From the NCBI RefSeq assembly GCF_006345805.1, contig NC_043005.1, positions 50,158,001 to 50,222,000 of the forward strand: DNA of 64,000 nucleotides, in the 5' to 3' direction. The DNA comes from Octopus sinensis (lineage: Eukaryota). This document shows, piece after piece, positions 63,800 to 64,000 of the stretch; the stretch's first letter is position 1, and the number at the start of each line of letters is the position of its first letter. The notes under the pieces were generated by a model. The model saw nothing but the letters and a program-made list of their open reading frames with translations, did not search any database and was not told where the DNA came from. Position numbers and translations under genes: made by a program.

Positions 63800-64000
63800 C
63801 ATCATCATCATCATCATCATCATTTATCGTCCGCTTTCCATGCTAGCATGGGTTGGACGGTTCAACTGGGGTCTGTGAAGCCAGAAGGCTGCATCAGGCC
63901 CAGTCAGATCTGGCAGTGTTTCTACGGCTAGATGCCCTTCCTAACGCCAACCACTCCGTGAGTTTAGTGGGTGCTTTTTACGTGCCACCCGCACAGGTGC
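63800..64000 (-). mobile_element. RTE-type 3' UTR fragment (runs off the window)
   Basis: (CAT)n followed by 'cgtccgctttccatgctagcatgggttggacgg...'. Confidence 0.8.

Noticed and set aside
759-63931. The long ORFs of the supplied track (poly-YI, HT, CV, MYVC, poly-D/H/S etc.)
   Set aside because: They are read-throughs of microsatellites or SINEs, with no splice context or domain content.

Overview
Eukaryotic, AT-rich, microsatellite-saturated DNA that is almost all non-coding. The SINE, LINE and simple-repeat content matches what I recall of Octopus (coleoid cephalopod) genomes; the organism is an inference, not a search result. No protein-coding gene can be named, and nearly all entries in the ORF track are microsatellite read-throughs. 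Supported content: three tRNA-headed SINE families in many copies, many 5'-truncated RTE-type LINE 3' ends, and two RTE ORF remnants. There are also three decayed DD37D (maT) Tc1/mariner elements, a mariner 5' end, two Helitrons nested head-to-head in one LINE, MITEs, a recent ~790-bp tandem duplication and a 100-N gap. The most interesting signals are: (1) several hammerhead-ribozyme (HHR) motifs on Penelope-like terminal repeats, two with canonical cores plus a multi-copy family with a non-canonical CUGU-N-GA core; (2) a full-length U6 snRNA pseudogene fused to an RTE 3' end; (3) several long hairpins and inverted repeats; (4) a few splice-site-bounded orphan exon candidates on both strands.
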